A stretch of 64,000 bases of DNA from Gammaproteobacteria bacterium (lineage in GTDB: Bacteria > Pseudomonadota > Gammaproteobacteria > GCA-2400775): positions 8,095 through 72,094 of the forward strand of contig JAADIY010000007.1 in the NCBI GenBank assembly GCA_013151045.1. Reading direction: 5' to 3'. The first letter of the stretch is position 1. Each line of letters opens with the position of its first letter. Below, in pieces: positions 1 through 12,676 of this stretch. The notes under the pieces were generated by a model, which was given only the letters and a program-made list of their open reading frames with translations, did no database searches and had not been told where the DNA came from. The translations under genes and the position numbers were made by a program.

Positions 1-120
1 AAAAAAGAGCCTAAATTCAGTATTGAGTTTATACTGCCGTTAAAATTAAACGCTAGCACATAACGCTAGAATTCAAACAATTTCACTGATTACACATTTT
101 TATATGGAGCTTGAGTTTCA

Positions 121-1458
121 ATGAAACTAACCGTTTTTGGTAGTGGTTATGTCGGCCTTGTGACAGGCGCTTGTCTTGCCCAAGTGGGTAATGACGTTAT
201 CTGTGTTGATATTGACCAAAATAAAATCGACCGTCTAAATAGTGGTGACGTGCCTATATATGAACCGGGTCTTGACGACATGATCGCCGCCAATATGAAA
301 AATGGCCGCCTGCGCTTTACAACTGATATTAAAGAAGGCGTGGATCATGGCTTATTTCAATTTGTTGCCGTTGGCACTCCACCTGATGAAGATGGATCGG
401 CTGACCTTCAATATGTCCTAGCCGTCGCCAAGAGTATTGGCGAAAACATGGATGAATACCGAGTAGTGATCAATAAATCGACTGTCCCTGTAGGAACAGG
501 AGATAAAGTGCGCTCCACACTAAAAGCCGCCCTAGACAAACGCGACGCAAATATCGAATTTGATATCGTGTCAAACCCGGAATTTCTGAAAGAAGGTGCT
601 GCATTAGATGATTTCATGAAACCGGACAGAATTATCGTGGGCACAGATAATCCGCGCACCACTGAACTGCTACGGGCCTTGTACGCGCCATTCAATCGTC
701 AAACTGAACGACTGGTAGTGATGGATATTCGTTCTGCCGAACTGACCAAATATGCCGCGAACTCGTTACTTGCCACCAAAATTAGTTTTATGAATGAGCT
801 GTCAAATCTCGCCGAAAGACTTGGCGCAGATATCGAGAAAGTACGTATTGGCATCGGCTCTGATCCGCGTATTGGTTACCACTTTATTTACCCTGGATGC
901 GGCTATGGTGGCTCATGTTTTCCAAAAGATGTCATGGCCTTGGCACGCACTGCCGATGAAAATGGTTATGAAGCGGAATTACTTAATGCAGTTGAATCGG
1001 TCAATAACCGTCAAAAACACCGTTTATTTGAGAAAATAAGCCATCATTTTTCAGGCAAGCTAAAAGGTAAAACCTTTGCTTTATGGGGCCTGGCCTTTAA
1101 ACCCAACACTGATGACATGCGTGCTGCGCCCAGTCGTACACTCATGGAAGCTCTATGGGCAGCAGGCGCTAAAGTTCAAGCATTTGACCCGGTTGCGTCG
1201 GAAGAATGTGAAAGAATTTACGGTAATCAAGAAGGATTAAAGTTATGTGACTCGCAAGACGGCACACTTGAAGGGGCCGACGCTTTGGTTATCATCACTG
1301 AATGGAATGCCTTTCGCAGCCCAGATTTCGACAATATCAAACAATCATTGTCCTCGGCCGTGATCTTTGATGGTCGCAATCTTTATGAACCCAGCTTAAT
1401 GGAAAGCCTAGGTATTGAGTATTATGCTATTGGTCGTGGTAAAAATAACCACCACTAA
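121..1458 (+). CDS. ugd: UDP-glucose 6-dehydrogenase
   Basis: 445 aa; N-terminal Rossmann [14 protein letters not shown], catalytic GGSCFPKD motif, full-length UDP-glucose/GDP-mannose dehydrogenase architecture. Confidence 0.9.
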   Translation: MKLTVFGSGYVGLVTGACLAQVGNDVICVDIDQNKIDRLNSGDVPIYEPGLDDMIAANMKNGRLRFTTDIKEGVDHGLFQFVAVGTPPDEDGSADLQYVLAVAKSIGENMDEYRVVINKSTVPVGTGDKVRSTLKAALDKRDANIEFDIVSNPEFLKEGAALDDFMKPDRIIVGTDNPRTTELLRALYAPFNRQTERLVVMDIRSAELTKYAANSLLATKISFMNELSNLAERLGADIEKVRIGIGSDPRIGYHFIYPGCGYGGSCFPKDVMALARTADENGYEAELLNAVESVNNRQKHRLFEKISHHFSGKLKGKTFALWGLAFKPNTDDMRAAPSRTLMEALWAAGAKVQAFDPVASEECERIYGNQEGLKLCDSQDGTLEGADALVIITEWNAFRSPDFDNIKQSLSSAVIFDGRNLYEPSLMESLGIEYYAIGRGKNNHH

Positions 1459-1484
1459 TTACCCCTTACATAATAATGGAATAC

Positions 1485-1516
1485 AAAAAAGGGCGAGATT
1501 AACTCGCCCTTTTTTT
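1485..1516. terminator. bidirectional rho-independent terminator between convergent ugd and fba
   Basis: aaaaaaGGGCGAGattaaCTCGCCCttttttt: 7-bp GC stem flanked by A-run and T-run. Confidence 0.6.
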
Positions 1517-1532
1517 ATGCTTGGAGCAACGC

Positions 1533-2597
1533 TTACTTAACGCTAGGGTCTAGCTCGCCGCTCTCATAACGCGCAACCATATCTTCAAGGTTAATTGGCT
1601 TAATCTTAGAACCATGACCTGCACAACCGAACGCTTCAAAGCGCTGCTGACAAATATCTTTCATTGCAATCGTTGAGGCTTTTAAGAACTTACGTGGGTC
1701 AAAGTTCTTAGGGTTCTCAGCTAAATGCTTACGAATAGCGCCCGTACTGGCTAAACGCAAATCGGTATCGATATTGACTTTACGTACACCGTTCTTGATA
1801 CCTTCTTGAATTTCTTCAACTGGCACACCATAAGTTTCGCCGATATCACCACCAAACTCATGAATAATCGCTAACCAGTCTTGTGGCACTGAAGAAGAAC
1901 CGTGCATCACCAAATGTGTATCAGGAATACGTTTATGGATAGCTTTAATACGATCAATCGCCAAGATATCACCAGTAGGTGGGCGAGTGAACTTGTACGC
2001 ACCATGGCTAGTACCAATCGCAATGGCTAAAGCATCAACTTTGGTTTTCTTAACAAAATCAGCAGCTTCATCAGGGTCAGTCAATAGCTGATCCTGTGTT
2101 AATACGCCTTCAGCACCTGAACCGTCTTCTTCACCAGCCATACCGCTTTCTAATGAACCTAGGCAACCTAGCTCACCTTCAACAGAAACACCAACAGCAT
2201 GCGCCATTGCTGACGTACGGCTAGTCACATCACAGTTATATTCATAACTTGATGGTGTTTTCATATCAGCCATCAATGAACCATCCATCATCACTGATGT
2301 AAAACCCGATTGGATAGAGCGCGCACAAACATCGGGTGATGCGCCATGATCTTGGTGAACACAAACAGGGGTATCTGGCCATTGCTCAACAGCAGCATCC
2401 ATTAAATGACGAAAAAATGCGCTACCAGCATAAGAACGCGCGCCCGCCGATGCTTGAATAATAACTGGGCTATCAACTTCAGCCGCTGCTTCCATTATTG
2501 AATGTACCTGTTCCATGTTATTAGCGTTATAAGCTGGTACGCCATAACCATATTCTGCAGCATGATCTAGCAGCTGTCGCAGTGAAATTAAAGCCAT
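1533..2597 (-). CDS. fba: fructose-bisphosphate aldolase, class II
   Basis: Near-identical over full length to Pseudomonas class II Fda ([15 protein letters not shown]...GELDPSVK); start moved to the internal Met matching the homolog N-terminus (ORF track extends to 2630). Confidence 0.93.
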   Translation of the reverse strand: MALISLRQLLDHAAEYGYGVPAYNANNMEQVHSIMEAAAEVDSPVIIQASAGARSYAGSAFFRHLMDAAVEQWPDTPVCVHQDHGASPDVCARSIQSGFTSVMMDGSLMADMKTPSSYEYNCDVTSRTSAMAHAVGVSVEGELGCLGSLESGMAGEEDGSGAEGVLTQDQLLTDPDEAADFVKKTKVDALAIAIGTSHGAYKFTRPPTGDILAIDRIKAIHKRIPDTHLVMHGSSSVPQDWLAIIHEFGGDIGETYGVPVEEIQEGIKNGVRKVNIDTDLRLASTGAIRKHLAENPKNFDPRKFLKASTIAMKDICQQRFEAFGCAGHGSKIKPINLEDMVARYESGELDPSVK

Positions 2598-2640
2598 AAG
2601 AGTCTCCTCACACGTTATCAAATTGGGCATTGCCCATAAA

Positions 2641-2683
2641 TAGTAAAAAACTTATTGCCGGTAACTAACCGTTAGTTACCGGC
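2641..2683 (-). terminator. rho-independent terminator downstream of pyk
   Basis: 13-bp perfect inverted repeat GCCGGTAACTAAC/GTTAGTTACCGGC followed on the minus strand by AAUAAGUUUUUU. Confidence 0.6.
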
Positions 2684-2718
2684 CAACCTAAAAATAATTT
2701 AACCGAAGTAATAGCGCC

Positions 2719-4158
2719 TTACTTCAACTCTTCTTCGCCAACACGAACAATCGTCATGGCATTCGTACCGCCCATCAGGCCCATGCGATCACCCTTGGTA
2801 ATAAGCACTAAATCACCATTACGAACCGCACCTCGGCGCACCAACTCATCTACGGCCTCACGATTCATTCCGTGACTCTCACCTGCGCTCATATCAAAAC
2901 TGGTCGGATAAACGCCACGATATAAAGTCATAAGACGGCGCGTATTAATATGCGGTGACAAGGCGTAAATCGGAATACCCGAGCTAATACGAGACATCCA
3001 CAAAGCCGTTGAACCCGATTCAGTCAACGCGGCTATAGCCTTAATACCAGAATGGTTAGCAATATACATCGCTGCCATGGCTATCGATTCATCAACCTGT
3101 TCAAAGCGAGAATCTATACGATGAGTTGAACGCATCGCACTACGTTGCGTTTCAGCGCCTAGACAAACACGGTTTACTGCGGCAATCACTGCGCCTGGGT
3201 TTTTACCTGTAGCTGTTTCCGCCGACAACATCACTGCATCGGTACCGTCCATCACTGCGTTCGCCACATCAAAGACTTCGGCACGCGTCGGCATGGCACT
3301 GTCGATCATCGACTCCATCATCTGTGTTGCCGTTATGACGGTGCGGTTAGCACTGCGCGCGCGCGCGATTAAGTCTTTTTGTACGCCTGGTAACTCAGCA
3401 TCACCAATTTCAACTCCCAGATCACCACGCGCAATCATCACTGAATCAGAAGCTTCGATAATTTCATCGATACAATTTAACGCTTCTGCACGCTCTATCT
3501 TAGCCACTATGGCACCGTGACCACCGGCTGCACGCAATAAAGCACGTGCCTCATGAATATCCTGAGCGGTTCTGGGGAAGGAAACCGCTAAATAATCGGC
3601 TTTAATTTTTGCCGCGGTAATGACATCTTTACGGTCCTTATCTGTCAGCGCCGCCGCCGATAAGCCGCCACCTTGTAAATTAATTCCTTTGCTATTGGTT
3701 AGCTTGCCACCAATAACCACCTTTGTGCGAATTTGCGTGCCTTCTACGCTATCTACCCACAGTGTTAGGCGGCCATCATCAAGCAACAAGGTATCGCCGC
3801 GTTTAACGTCGTTAACCAACGTCGCATACGTCACACCAACACACTCTTCGGTTCCAGCATTCACATCAAGTGCGCTGTCTAACACAAAGGCGGCGCCTTC
3901 GATTAAATCGACACCACCGTCAACAAAACGCTGTATGCGAATTTTAGGTCCTTGCAAATCAGCCAACACACCGACTTGTCGACCATGTGCCGCCGCACGA
4001 TTACGCACATTTTCAGCGCGCTTAATATGATCCTCTGCATCACCATGAGAGAAATTCAAGCGTACAACATCTACGCCAGCCTCTAGAATTTGATCTAGAA
4101 CAGCGGGATCGTCTGTTGCAGGGCCTAATGTGGCCAGTATTTTTGTGCGTCTAGGCAT
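2719..4158 (-). CDS. pyk: pyruvate kinase
   Basis: 479 aa; MPRRTKILATLGP..., MIARGDLGVEIG and TQMMESM motifs typical of pyruvate kinase. Confidence 0.9.
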   Translation of the reverse strand: MPRRTKILATLGPATDDPAVLDQILEAGVDVVRLNFSHGDAEDHIKRAENVRNRAAAHGRQVGVLADLQGPKIRIQRFVDGGVDLIEGAAFVLDSALDVNAGTEECVGVTYATLVNDVKRGDTLLLDDGRLTLWVDSVEGTQIRTKVVIGGKLTNSKGINLQGGGLSAAALTDKDRKDVITAAKIKADYLAVSFPRTAQDIHEARALLRAAGGHGAIVAKIERAEALNCIDEIIEASDSVMIARGDLGVEIGDAELPGVQKDLIARARSANRTVITATQMMESMIDSAMPTRAEVFDVANAVMDGTDAVMLSAETATGKNPGAVIAAVNRVCLGAETQRSAMRSTHRIDSRFEQVDESIAMAAMYIANHSGIKAIAALTESGSTALWMSRISSGIPIYALSPHINTRRLMTLYRGVYPTSFDMSAGESHGMNREAVDELVRRGAVRNGDLVLITKGDRMGLMGGTNAMTIVRVGEEELK

Positions 4159-4224
4159 ATCGACTCGTTATTTTAAAAAAGATAGTGCAAAAGTATTTTA
4201 AGCATTTAATTAACCTGCGGCACG

Positions 4225-5406
4225 CTACACCCCGAGGGCACGTTGCTCAAGAATTTCTACGGCAGGCAATTTTTTACCTTCTAAAAATTCTAGAAATGCA
4301 CCACCACCCGTTGAAATATAGGATACTTTGTCAGCAATATCATATTTTGCAACAGCGGCCAAGGTATCACCGCCGCCAGCGATAGAAAATGCATCACTCT
4401 CAGCAATGGCCATCGCTAAGGCTTTGGTGCCTTCGCCAAATTGGTCAAATTCAAACACGCCAATAGGGCCATTCCAAACAATAGTACCGGCGTTTTTCAA
4501 AATCTCAGCAAAAGCTGCCGATGTTTCAGGACCAACATCAAAAATCATATCGTCATCGGCTGTTTCTGTAACAGATTTTAATGTCGCTTCAGTGCTCTCT
4601 GAAAATTCCTTACCACAGACGACATCTGTCGGCACTGGAATATTACCACCACGCGCTTTGGCATCAGCAGACAATTGATTCGCAACACCTATTAAACTTG
4701 ATTCGCTTAATGATTTGCCAACATTGTTTCCAGCCGCTTCAATAAAGGTATTGGCAATACCACCACCGACAATCAGCTGGTCAACTACTTTCGATAATGA
4801 TTCGAGTACTGTTAGCTTAGTAGAAACCTTAGAACCACCAACAATCGCCACCATCGGGCGCGCTGGGTTATCTAAAGCCTTGCCTAAAGCATCCAACTCA
4901 TTAGCGAGCAATGGGCCTGCACACGCAACTGGCGCATATTTAGCCACACCGTGGGTAGACGCTTGCGCACGATGGGCGGTACCAAACGCATCCATAACAA
5001 AAACATCGCATAATGCCGCCATCTTTTGTGATAGCGCATCATCATTGGCTTTTTCGCCTTTATTAAAACGCACATTTTCACAAAGCACGACTTCGCCATC
5101 AGCAACGTCAACACCGTTAAGCCAGTCTTTAACTAAGCGTACTGGAATATCACAGTTCTCAGTAATATAAGTAGCAATAGGCGCTAGCGAAGCAGCCTCA
5201 TCAAACTCGCCTTCAGTTGGCCGACCCAAATGCGACATTAACATCACTTTTGCACCCGCATCACGCGCGGCTTTGATTGTGCCCAACGACGCACGTATGC
5301 GCGTATCATCAGCAACACCACCGTCTTTTAAAGGCACATTTAAATCTTCGCGGATAAGTACACGCTTACCTGCTAAATCCATATCTATCATCTTCAAGAC
5401 TGACAT
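4225..5406 (-). CDS. pgk: phosphoglycerate kinase
   Basis: [21 protein letters not shown]... N-terminus typical of PGK; start set at an internal ATG preceded by GGAG (ORF track extends to 5463). Confidence 0.93.
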   Translation of the reverse strand: MSVLKMIDMDLAGKRVLIREDLNVPLKDGGVADDTRIRASLGTIKAARDAGAKVMLMSHLGRPTEGEFDEAASLAPIATYITENCDIPVRLVKDWLNGVDVADGEVVLCENVRFNKGEKANDDALSQKMAALCDVFVMDAFGTAHRAQASTHGVAKYAPVACAGPLLANELDALGKALDNPARPMVAIVGGSKVSTKLTVLESLSKVVDQLIVGGGIANTFIEAAGNNVGKSLSESSLIGVANQLSADAKARGGNIPVPTDVVCGKEFSESTEATLKSVTETADDDMIFDVGPETSAAFAEILKNAGTIVWNGPIGVFEFDQFGEGTKALAMAIAESDAFSIAGGGDTLAAVAKYDIADKVSYISTGGGAFLEFLEGKKLPAVEILEQRALGV

Positions 5407-5472
5407 AAGAAACTCCAGAAACAGAGGTGGCCGCGAAAGCGGCCACCTGAGCAAAAGTATCAAATACTAAGC

Positions 5473-6492
5473 TTATTTAGCATTCATCAAAGCGACAGTG
5501 GTATCTAGCATACGGTTTGAGAAACCCCATTCGTTATCATACCAAGCGCAAATTTTAATCAACTTGCTATCAATCACTTTCGTCAAGGTCGAATCATAAG
5601 TCGAAGAAGCTGGATCATGGTTGAAGTCAATCGATACCAATGGAGCATCACTGTAATTCAATACACCTTTCAACTCACCTTCAGAAGCCTCTTTCATGAT
5701 CGCGTCAATAGCTTCTTTACTTGTTGGTTTTTTCGGCACAAAGGTCAAGTCAACGGTAGAAACATTAATAGTTGGAACACGCATGGCAAAACCATCTAAC
5801 TTGCCGTTTAGCTCAGGCAATACCAAACCTACTGCTGCTGCCGCACCCGTTTTAGTTGGAATTTGTGATTGCGTAGCAGAACGCGCACGACGCAAATCCG
5901 AATGGTAAACGTCAGTTAACACTTGATCATTGGTATAAGAATGAATCGTTGTCATCAAACCATGTTCGATACCAATACGGTCATTCAACGGTTTAACCAA
6001 AGGCGCTAAACAGTTAGTCGTACAAGAAGCATTAGAAATAACCGTATCACTAGCTTTCAAAGATTTGTGGTTAACACCATAGACGATGGTGGCATCAACA
6101 TCAGCACCACCTGGCGCAGAAATAATCACTTTCTTCGCACCTGCCGCTAAATGTGCAGAGGCTTTTTCTTTGTTAGCAAAGAAACCCGTACATTCATGAA
6201 CAACATCAACGCCTAAATCTGCCCAAGGCAATTTGGATGGATCACGTTCGGCTAACACACGAATACGATCGCCATTAACGACCATATAGTCACCATCCAC
6301 TGACACATCAGCGTTAAATTTACCGTGCGCAGTATCGTATTTGGTCAAGTGAGCGTTAGTACTACTATCACCCAGGTCATTGATCGCAACGATTTCAATC
6401 TCATCATTACGGTTTGCTTCATACAAGGCACGTAAAACGTTACGACCAATACGGCCGTAGCCATTGATTGCTACTTTAATGCTCATATTCAT
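5473..6492 (-). CDS. gap: glyceraldehyde-3-phosphate dehydrogenase
   Basis: 339 aa; [17 protein letters not shown]-binding motif, SCTTNCLAP active-site Cys motif. Confidence 0.92.
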   Translation of the reverse strand: MNMSIKVAINGYGRIGRNVLRALYEANRNDEIEIVAINDLGDSSTNAHLTKYDTAHGKFNADVSVDGDYMVVNGDRIRVLAERDPSKLPWADLGVDVVHECTGFFANKEKASAHLAAGAKKVIISAPGGADVDATIVYGVNHKSLKASDTVISNASCTTNCLAPLVKPLNDRIGIEHGLMTTIHSYTNDQVLTDVYHSDLRRARSATQSQIPTKTGAAAAVGLVLPELNGKLDGFAMRVPTINVSTVDLTFVPKKPTSKEAIDAIMKEASEGELKGVLNYSDAPLVSIDFNHDPASSTYDSTLTKVIDSKLIKICAWYDNEWGFSNRMLDTTVALMNAK

Positions 6493-6537
6493 TTCCTAAT
6501 ATAGATTCAACAAAAACTTTTTAGCGAGAGCCTTGCT

Positions 6538-8532
6538 CTATGCCATCACTTCGTTCACTGCAGCAACGACGTTGTCCACAGTAAAACCAAAGTGTTTGAA
6601 CAAATCACCGGCAGGGGCTGATTCACCAAAAGTGGTCATGCCTATCACTTTGCCACCGAAACCAACATAGCCTTGCCAAATATGCGGAACACCAGCTTCC
6701 ACAGCAACGCGTGCAGTAATAGCACTTGGAATCACAGACTCTTTGTATGCCGCATCTTGTGCTTCGAAGATTTCCAAACAAGGAATAGACACAACACGGA
6801 TATTTTTACCAGAAAGCGCCTTAGCGGCGTCGACTGCAAGCTCAACTTCAGAACCCGTAGCAATAATAATCGCATCAAGATTATCACCACCATCCAATAA
6901 TACATAACCGCCCTTTTCAATATTGGCAATCTGTGCATCTGTACGTGGCTGATTAGGCAAGCCTTGACGAGAAAATATCAACGTACTTGGCTGATTCTTA
7001 CTCTCAATCGCCACTTTCCAGCTAACAGCAGATTCGACCGCATCACAAGGACGCCAAACATGCATGCCTGGAATAATACGCAGCGAACTCACATGCTCAA
7101 TAGGTTGGTGAGTCGGACCATCTTCACCCAGACCAATAGAGTCATGGGTAAATACGAAGATACTCTGAATTTTCATCAACGCAGCCATACGCAAAGCATT
7201 ACGTGCATAGTCAGAGAAAACCAAGAACGTGCCGCCGTAAGGAATGAAACCACCATGAACAACAATACCGTTCATGATCGCTGACATCGCAAACTCACGC
7301 ACACCGTAGTGTATGTAATTAACATCACCCATAGCCTTAGCTTCCATACCCTTCGATCCTGACCACATGGTCAAGTTAGAAGGCGCTAAGTCAGCTGACC
7401 CACCCAATAATTCAGGTAGCATTGGAGCAAAGGCTTCTATGGCCTTTTGTGACGCTTGACGTGTAGCAATTTTTTCGCCTTTGGCATTAACATCAGCAAT
7501 ATATGCCGCTGCTTTTTCTGCCCAATCGTCAGGCAAATCACCCGCCATACGACGTTTATATTCAGCCGCTAACTCAGGATAGGCATGCTCATATTTAGAA
7601 AAATGGAAATTCCAATCTTCTTCTAAGCCCGCGCCCGTTTCTTTGGCGCTCCAACCAGCATAGACATCATCTGGGATCTCAAATGGAGCATGCGGCCAAC
7701 CGATATTTTTACGGGTTAAAGCAATCTCTTCATCACCTAAAGCCGCACCATGACAGTCATGACCACCCGCTTTATTAGGTGAACCCTGGCCAATCACCGT
7801 CTTACAACAAATCATCGTTGGCTTATCAGGCTCTGCGCGAGCATTGCGGATAGCCAGATGCAAGGCATCAGGATCATGCCCATCGACATCAGCAATCACA
7901 TGCCAACCATAAGCTTCGAAACGTTTTACAGAATCGTCGGTAAACCAACCTTCCACATCACCGTCGATAGAAATACCGTTATCATCGTAAAAGGCAATCA
8001 ACTTACCGAGCCCTAGCGTACCCGCTAAAGAACTGGCCTCGTGAGAAATACCTTCCATTAAGCAACCATCACCTAAGAAGACATAAGTAAAGTGATCGAC
8101 AATTTTGTAAGAATCCGTATTAAAACGCGCTGCTAACAATTTCTCAGCAATCGCCATCCCCACCGCGTTGGTCAAACCCTGGCCCAACGGCCCTGTCGTG
8201 GTTTCGACACCCGCTGTATAGCCGTATTCCGGATGCCCAGGCGTCTTTGAACCCATTTGACGGAACTGCTTGAGCTCCTCAATTGGAAGATCATAGCCAG
8301 ACAAATGCAGCAATGAGTAATGCAGCATAGAGCCATGACCGTTAGAGAGAATGAAGCGATCACGGTTGTGCCAGCTTGGATTCGCTGGGTTATGACGCAA
8401 ATAGTCATTCCACAGCACTTCGGCGATATCCGCCATTCCCATAGGCATACCTGGGTGTCCAGAATTCGCTTTTTGTACAGCATCCATGCTCAATGCACGG
8501 ATAGCATTGGCCAAATCAGTCCGAGAGGGCAT
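6538..8532 (-). CDS. tkt: transketolase
   Basis: 664 aa; GHPG...LGDGCLMEG thiamine-diphosphate motif and full transketolase architecture. Confidence 0.95.
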   Translation of the reverse strand: MPSRTDLANAIRALSMDAVQKANSGHPGMPMGMADIAEVLWNDYLRHNPANPSWHNRDRFILSNGHGSMLHYSLLHLSGYDLPIEELKQFRQMGSKTPGHPEYGYTAGVETTTGPLGQGLTNAVGMAIAEKLLAARFNTDSYKIVDHFTYVFLGDGCLMEGISHEASSLAGTLGLGKLIAFYDDNGISIDGDVEGWFTDDSVKRFEAYGWHVIADVDGHDPDALHLAIRNARAEPDKPTMICCKTVIGQGSPNKAGGHDCHGAALGDEEIALTRKNIGWPHAPFEIPDDVYAGWSAKETGAGLEEDWNFHFSKYEHAYPELAAEYKRRMAGDLPDDWAEKAAAYIADVNAKGEKIATRQASQKAIEAFAPMLPELLGGSADLAPSNLTMWSGSKGMEAKAMGDVNYIHYGVREFAMSAIMNGIVVHGGFIPYGGTFLVFSDYARNALRMAALMKIQSIFVFTHDSIGLGEDGPTHQPIEHVSSLRIIPGMHVWRPCDAVESAVSWKVAIESKNQPSTLIFSRQGLPNQPRTDAQIANIEKGGYVLLDGGDNLDAIIIATGSEVELAVDAAKALSGKNIRVVSIPCLEIFEAQDAAYKESVIPSAITARVAVEAGVPHIWQGYVGFGGKVIGMTTFGESAPAGDLFKHFGFTVDNVVAAVNEVMA

Positions 8533-8998
8533 CTATCTCTCCTATTAGTAAGTTAAATTTCGTTGTAATAGACTATCAAGAAACATATGCCAACACAGCA
8601 CCTTCAAATACCAGCACTGAAAAAGCTCATCCACGCATCTCAACAGCTCGCCACCAGATATTAAGAGCAGGTGAAAAAATCTCACTACAACCCAGGCAGC
8701 ACGTTATTTTTTTGACCCCAGAACCAAGGCAACCCTATCATGGGCGCATAGCGGGGCGGCCCATTATACTGGAACTTGAAAAAAGCTCCAGCGCTACGAT
8801 AGTTAACCGTGGCTATAAAGCTAAAACACCTAATAAACCTAGCCCAAGCGACGAGAAGGCACTAGAATGCCGTCTGCATGGAGCTAGATTACTTTTAAAG
8901 GTATGAATTTAATACCCGAAACAGTACTAATAACACTTTAATTATCGCTTTAAACCATTTAACTAACATGCCCAAAACAAACATGGAGCTCTGCCCGC

Positions 8999-10162
8999 AT
9001 GTCGAATAGCTATCTCTTTACCTCTGAATCTGTTTCAGAAGGCCACCCTGACAAAATCGCCGATCAAATTTCAGATGCCGTGCTCGATGCCTTATTGGCA
9101 CAAGACCCTAAAGCTCGTGTTGCCTGTGAAACATTGGTAAAAACCGGCATGGTCTTAATCGCCGGCGAAATCACTACGACAGCCTGGGTCGACCTAGAAG
9201 AAATTGTCCGCACAACCGTTAAAGAGATCGGCTACAACAGCTCCGAAATGGGCTTTGACTGGGAATCTTGTGCTGTTTTAAACGGTATCGGCAAGCAATC
9301 TCCTGATATCGCTATGGGTGTTGATGAAAGCGAAGATCATGAGCAAGGCGCTGGCGACCAAGGCCTGATGTTTGGCTACGCTAGTAACGAGACGGATGTC
9401 TTGATGCCGGCACCCATCACCTATTCGCATCGTTTGGTTAGACGCCAAGCGGAAGTGAGAAAAAATGGCACACTGCCTTGGCTACGCCCGGATGCTAAGA
9501 GCCAAATCACCTTTCGCTACGAAAATAACAAACCTGTTGGCATTGACGCATTAGTATTGTCGACACAGCATGACCCTGAAATTGATAACGACACACTTCG
9601 CGAAGCAGTAATGGAAGAAATCATTAAACCCATTTTGCCAGCAGAATGGTTAAGCGAATCCACCAAAATTCATATCAATCCTACAGGACGCTTTGTTATT
9701 GGCGGTCCAGTCGGTGACTGTGGCCTGACAGGCCGTAAAATCATTGTCGACACCTATGGCGGCATGGCACGTCATGGCGGCGGCGCTTTCTCAGGTAAAG
9801 ACCCTAGTAAAGTTGATCGCTCTGCTGCTTATGCTGGTCGCTACGTGGCAAAAAATATTGTCGCTGCAGGTCTTGCCGAGCGCTGTGAAATACAAATTTC
9901 CTATGCCATCGGCGTTGCTGAACCAACATCGATTAGCATTGACACATTCGGCACCGGCAAAATCAGTGACCAAGAAATCGTCACCCTGGTTAACCAACAT
10001 TTTGATTTACGCCCCCGCGGCCTAATTAAAATGCTCGACCTGCTGAAGCCTATTTACGCCCCTACTGCTGCTTATGGTCATTTCGGTCGAGAAGAAGCGG
10101 GCTTTTCTTGGGAAAAGACCGATAAGGCCGATGAACTCAAAAGCGCAGCAGGCATCAACTAG
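8999..10162 (+). CDS. metK: S-adenosylmethionine synthetase
   Basis: 387 aa; [32 protein letters not shown] signature. Confidence 0.95.
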   Translation: MSNSYLFTSESVSEGHPDKIADQISDAVLDALLAQDPKARVACETLVKTGMVLIAGEITTTAWVDLEEIVRTTVKEIGYNSSEMGFDWESCAVLNGIGKQSPDIAMGVDESEDHEQGAGDQGLMFGYASNETDVLMPAPITYSHRLVRRQAEVRKNGTLPWLRPDAKSQITFRYENNKPVGIDALVLSTQHDPEIDNDTLREAVMEEIIKPILPAEWLSESTKIHINPTGRFVIGGPVGDCGLTGRKIIVDTYGGMARHGGGAFSGKDPSKVDRSAAYAGRYVAKNIVAAGLAERCEIQISYAIGVAEPTSISIDTFGTGKISDQEIVTLVNQHFDLRPRGLIKMLDLLKPIYAPTAAYGHFGREEAGFSWEKTDKADELKSAAGIN

Positions 10163-10219
10163 CTACAAAATATAGACCACTAAGTATATAACTCGACCAC
10201 ATTCCCACGGAGAACACTC

Positions 10220-11647
10220 ATGAGCGCAACCTCACCAATCGAAAACTTAGCATCTGATTACAAAGTCGCTGATATGTCCTTAGCCGACTGGGGACGTAAA
10301 GAAATCAGAATCGCTGAAACCGAAATGCCTGGCCTAATGGCATTGCGTAAGAAGTACGGCACCTCAAAACCACTGACTGGTGCCCGTATCACTGGTTCTT
10401 TGCATATGACCATCCAAACCGCGGTACTGATGGAAACCTTAGTCGAGCTCGGTGCGCAGGTACGTTGGTGTTCGTGCAATATTTTCTCCACCCAAGATCA
10501 CGCCGCTGCTGCGATGGCCGCTGTTGGCATTCCCGTTTATGCCTGGAAAGGTGAAACCTTAGAAGAATACTGGTGGTGTACGGAACAAGTGATCAATTGG
10601 CCTGACGGTCAACTGCCCAATATGATCTTGGATGATGGTGGCGACGCGACCTTGTTAGTACATAAAGGCGTGGAATACTCCGATGCCGGTGCCGTACCTG
10701 AGCCTCAAGCCGACGACGCAGAAGAATGGAAGGTCATTCTTGGCGTTTTGAAACGTAGCCTTGAAGAAGACCCTCAACGCTATAACAAAATGGCTGCTTC
10801 AATTAAAGGGGTCACCGAAGAAACGACAACAGGCGTGCACCGTCTCTATGAGATGTTCAAACAAGGTCAGCTGCTTTTCCCTGGCATGAACGTTAATGAC
10901 TCAGTCACCAAATCTAAATTCGACAACCTCTATGGCTGCCGCGAATCATTAGTTGATGGTATTAAGCGTGCTACCGATGTCATGATCGCCGGTAAAACTG
11001 CATTGGTCTGTGGCTATGGCGATGTCGGCAAGGGCTCTGCACAGTCTTTACGTGGACTCGGCGCGATAGTATGGGTAACAGAAATCGATCCAATCTGTGC
11101 CCTACAAGCAGCAATGGAAGGCTTTCGTGTCATCACGATTGAAGAGGCTGCACCACTTGTAGATATATTCGTCACCACGACTGGCAACAAAGATATCATC
11201 ACACACGACCATATGGCAGCAATGAAAGATCAAGCTATTGTCTGCAACATCGGCCACTTCGACAACGAAATCGACATTGCTGGCGTGCAAAAATACGAAT
11301 GGGAAAACATCAAACCTCAGGTTGATCACATCATCTTTCCCGACGGCAAACGCATTATCATGCTTGCTGAAGGACGCCTAGTGAATCTCGGTTGCGGCAC
11401 CGGTCACCCGAGCTTTGTTATGTCTAACTCCTTTAGTAACCAAGTGCTCGCGCAAATAGAATTATTCACTAAGACTGATGAATACCCTATCGGCGTCTTT
11501 ATCCTACCGAAAAAGCTAGACGAGGAAGTTGCGCGTTTGCATCTTGATAAAATTGGTGTCAAATTAACTACGCTTTCACAAGAACAGGCTGACTACATCG
11601 GCGTACCTGTTGAAGGCCCATACAAACCTGAGCATTACCGTTACTAG
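10220..11647 (+). CDS. ahcY: adenosylhomocysteinase
   Basis: 475 aa; [10 protein letters not shown]..., NAD-binding GYGDVGKG, C-terminal ...PYKPEHYRY. Confidence 0.95.
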   Translation: MSATSPIENLASDYKVADMSLADWGRKEIRIAETEMPGLMALRKKYGTSKPLTGARITGSLHMTIQTAVLMETLVELGAQVRWCSCNIFSTQDHAAAAMAAVGIPVYAWKGETLEEYWWCTEQVINWPDGQLPNMILDDGGDATLLVHKGVEYSDAGAVPEPQADDAEEWKVILGVLKRSLEEDPQRYNKMAASIKGVTEETTTGVHRLYEMFKQGQLLFPGMNVNDSVTKSKFDNLYGCRESLVDGIKRATDVMIAGKTALVCGYGDVGKGSAQSLRGLGAIVWVTEIDPICALQAAMEGFRVITIEEAAPLVDIFVTTTGNKDIITHDHMAAMKDQAIVCNIGHFDNEIDIAGVQKYEWENIKPQVDHIIFPDGKRIIMLAEGRLVNLGCGTGHPSFVMSNSFSNQVLAQIELFTKTDEYPIGVFILPKKLDEEVARLHLDKIGVKLTTLSQEQADYIGVPVEGPYKPEHYRY

Positions 11648-11683
11648 GGCCTACAGCACATAGCTTAAATCGTCACGTTTGCT

Positions 11684-11709
11684 GCGCCTTATTTGGCCAA
11701 ATAAGGCGC
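11684..11709. repeat. 26-bp perfect palindrome (GCGCCTTATTTGG|CCAAATAAGGCGC) between ahcY and metF
   Basis: Exact self-complementary sequence read directly; no U-tract on either strand, so not a canonical terminator. Confidence 0.6.
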
Positions 11710-11820
11710 AAGAAGAGAAAACTAGTGATTCTAAATAAACGACAAGCAACGCTGGATGGGCAAATTCGGTCGCCCCGTTGCTATAATCTAAACTGGACTA
11801 ACAAGCCCTAGGAAACAAGC

Positions 11821-12660
11821 GTGGAAAACGATCAACGCACCATTAGCTTCGAGTTTTTTCCACCTAAAAACGAGCAAGCTGCCGAAAAACTAGCTCAAAC
11901 TAGCGCAGCCCTGGCTGAGTTAGAACCCGAGTTCTTCTCAGTCACGTTTGGCGCGGGCGGCAGCACGCGCGACAACACTCTTGAATGCGTATCAAGCATC
12001 AACAGCGCTACTGGCATTGAAGTCGCACCACATTTGTCTTGCATTGGCTCGACCCAGCAAAGCATCAGCGAACTCTTAGAAACCTACAAACAACAAGGTA
12101 TTAAACGTATCGTCGCATTGCGCGGAGATATGCCGTCAGGCATGCGTGACCCTGGCGAAATCAATTACGCTAACGAGCTAGTTGAATTCATTCGAAAAAC
12201 GACCGGCGATCACTTTCACATTGAGGTCGCTGCTTACCCTGAGTTCCACCCACAGGCTCGCTCCGCTCAAGAAGACGTCGCAAACTTTAAACGTAAAGTC
12301 GATGCCGGTGCCGACAGTGCGCTGACACAATATTTTTTCAATGCCGATGCATACTTCCGCTTCTTAGACGACTGCAGCGCGGCGGGAATAGATATTCCTA
12401 TTGTCCCCGGCATCATGCCCATCACTAACTATATACAGCTAGCAAGATTTTCAGATGCTTGCGGCGCTGAAATTCCACGCTGGATACGCCAACGCTTAGA
12501 AGGCTTTGGCGATGATATGGAATCATTAAGAGCATTCGGCACCGACATCATGACCGAGCTTTGCGCAACACTGCTTGAAGGTGACGCACCTGGCCTACAT
12601 TTCTACACAATGAATCAAACTAGGGCGACGCTAGCGATTTGGCAACAACTGCAAGGCTAA
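11821..12660 (+). CDS. metF: 5,10-methylenetetrahydrofolate reductase
   Basis: 279 aa; ISFEFFPPK..., FSVTFGAGGSTR motif; GTG start preceded by AGGAAA. Confidence 0.9.
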   Translation: MENDQRTISFEFFPPKNEQAAEKLAQTSAALAELEPEFFSVTFGAGGSTRDNTLECVSSINSATGIEVAPHLSCIGSTQQSISELLETYKQQGIKRIVALRGDMPSGMRDPGEINYANELVEFIRKTTGDHFHIEVAAYPEFHPQARSAQEDVANFKRKVDAGADSALTQYFFNADAYFRFLDDCSAAGIDIPIVPGIMPITNYIQLARFSDACGAEIPRWIRQRLEGFGDDMESLRAFGTDIMTELCATLLEGDAPGLHFYTMNQTRATLAIWQQLQG

Positions 12661-12676
12661 GCAATAGCTAGACCCT

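Noticed and set aside
4185-4385. 66-aa ORF between pyk and pgk
   Set aside because: It overlaps the 3' end of pgk on the opposite strand. The intergenic gap is only 66 bp, so the two genes are probably co-transcribed.
8712-8906. 64-aa ORF in the metK leader
   Set aside because: No RBS and no recognisable protein features. It lies in a probable 5' UTR.
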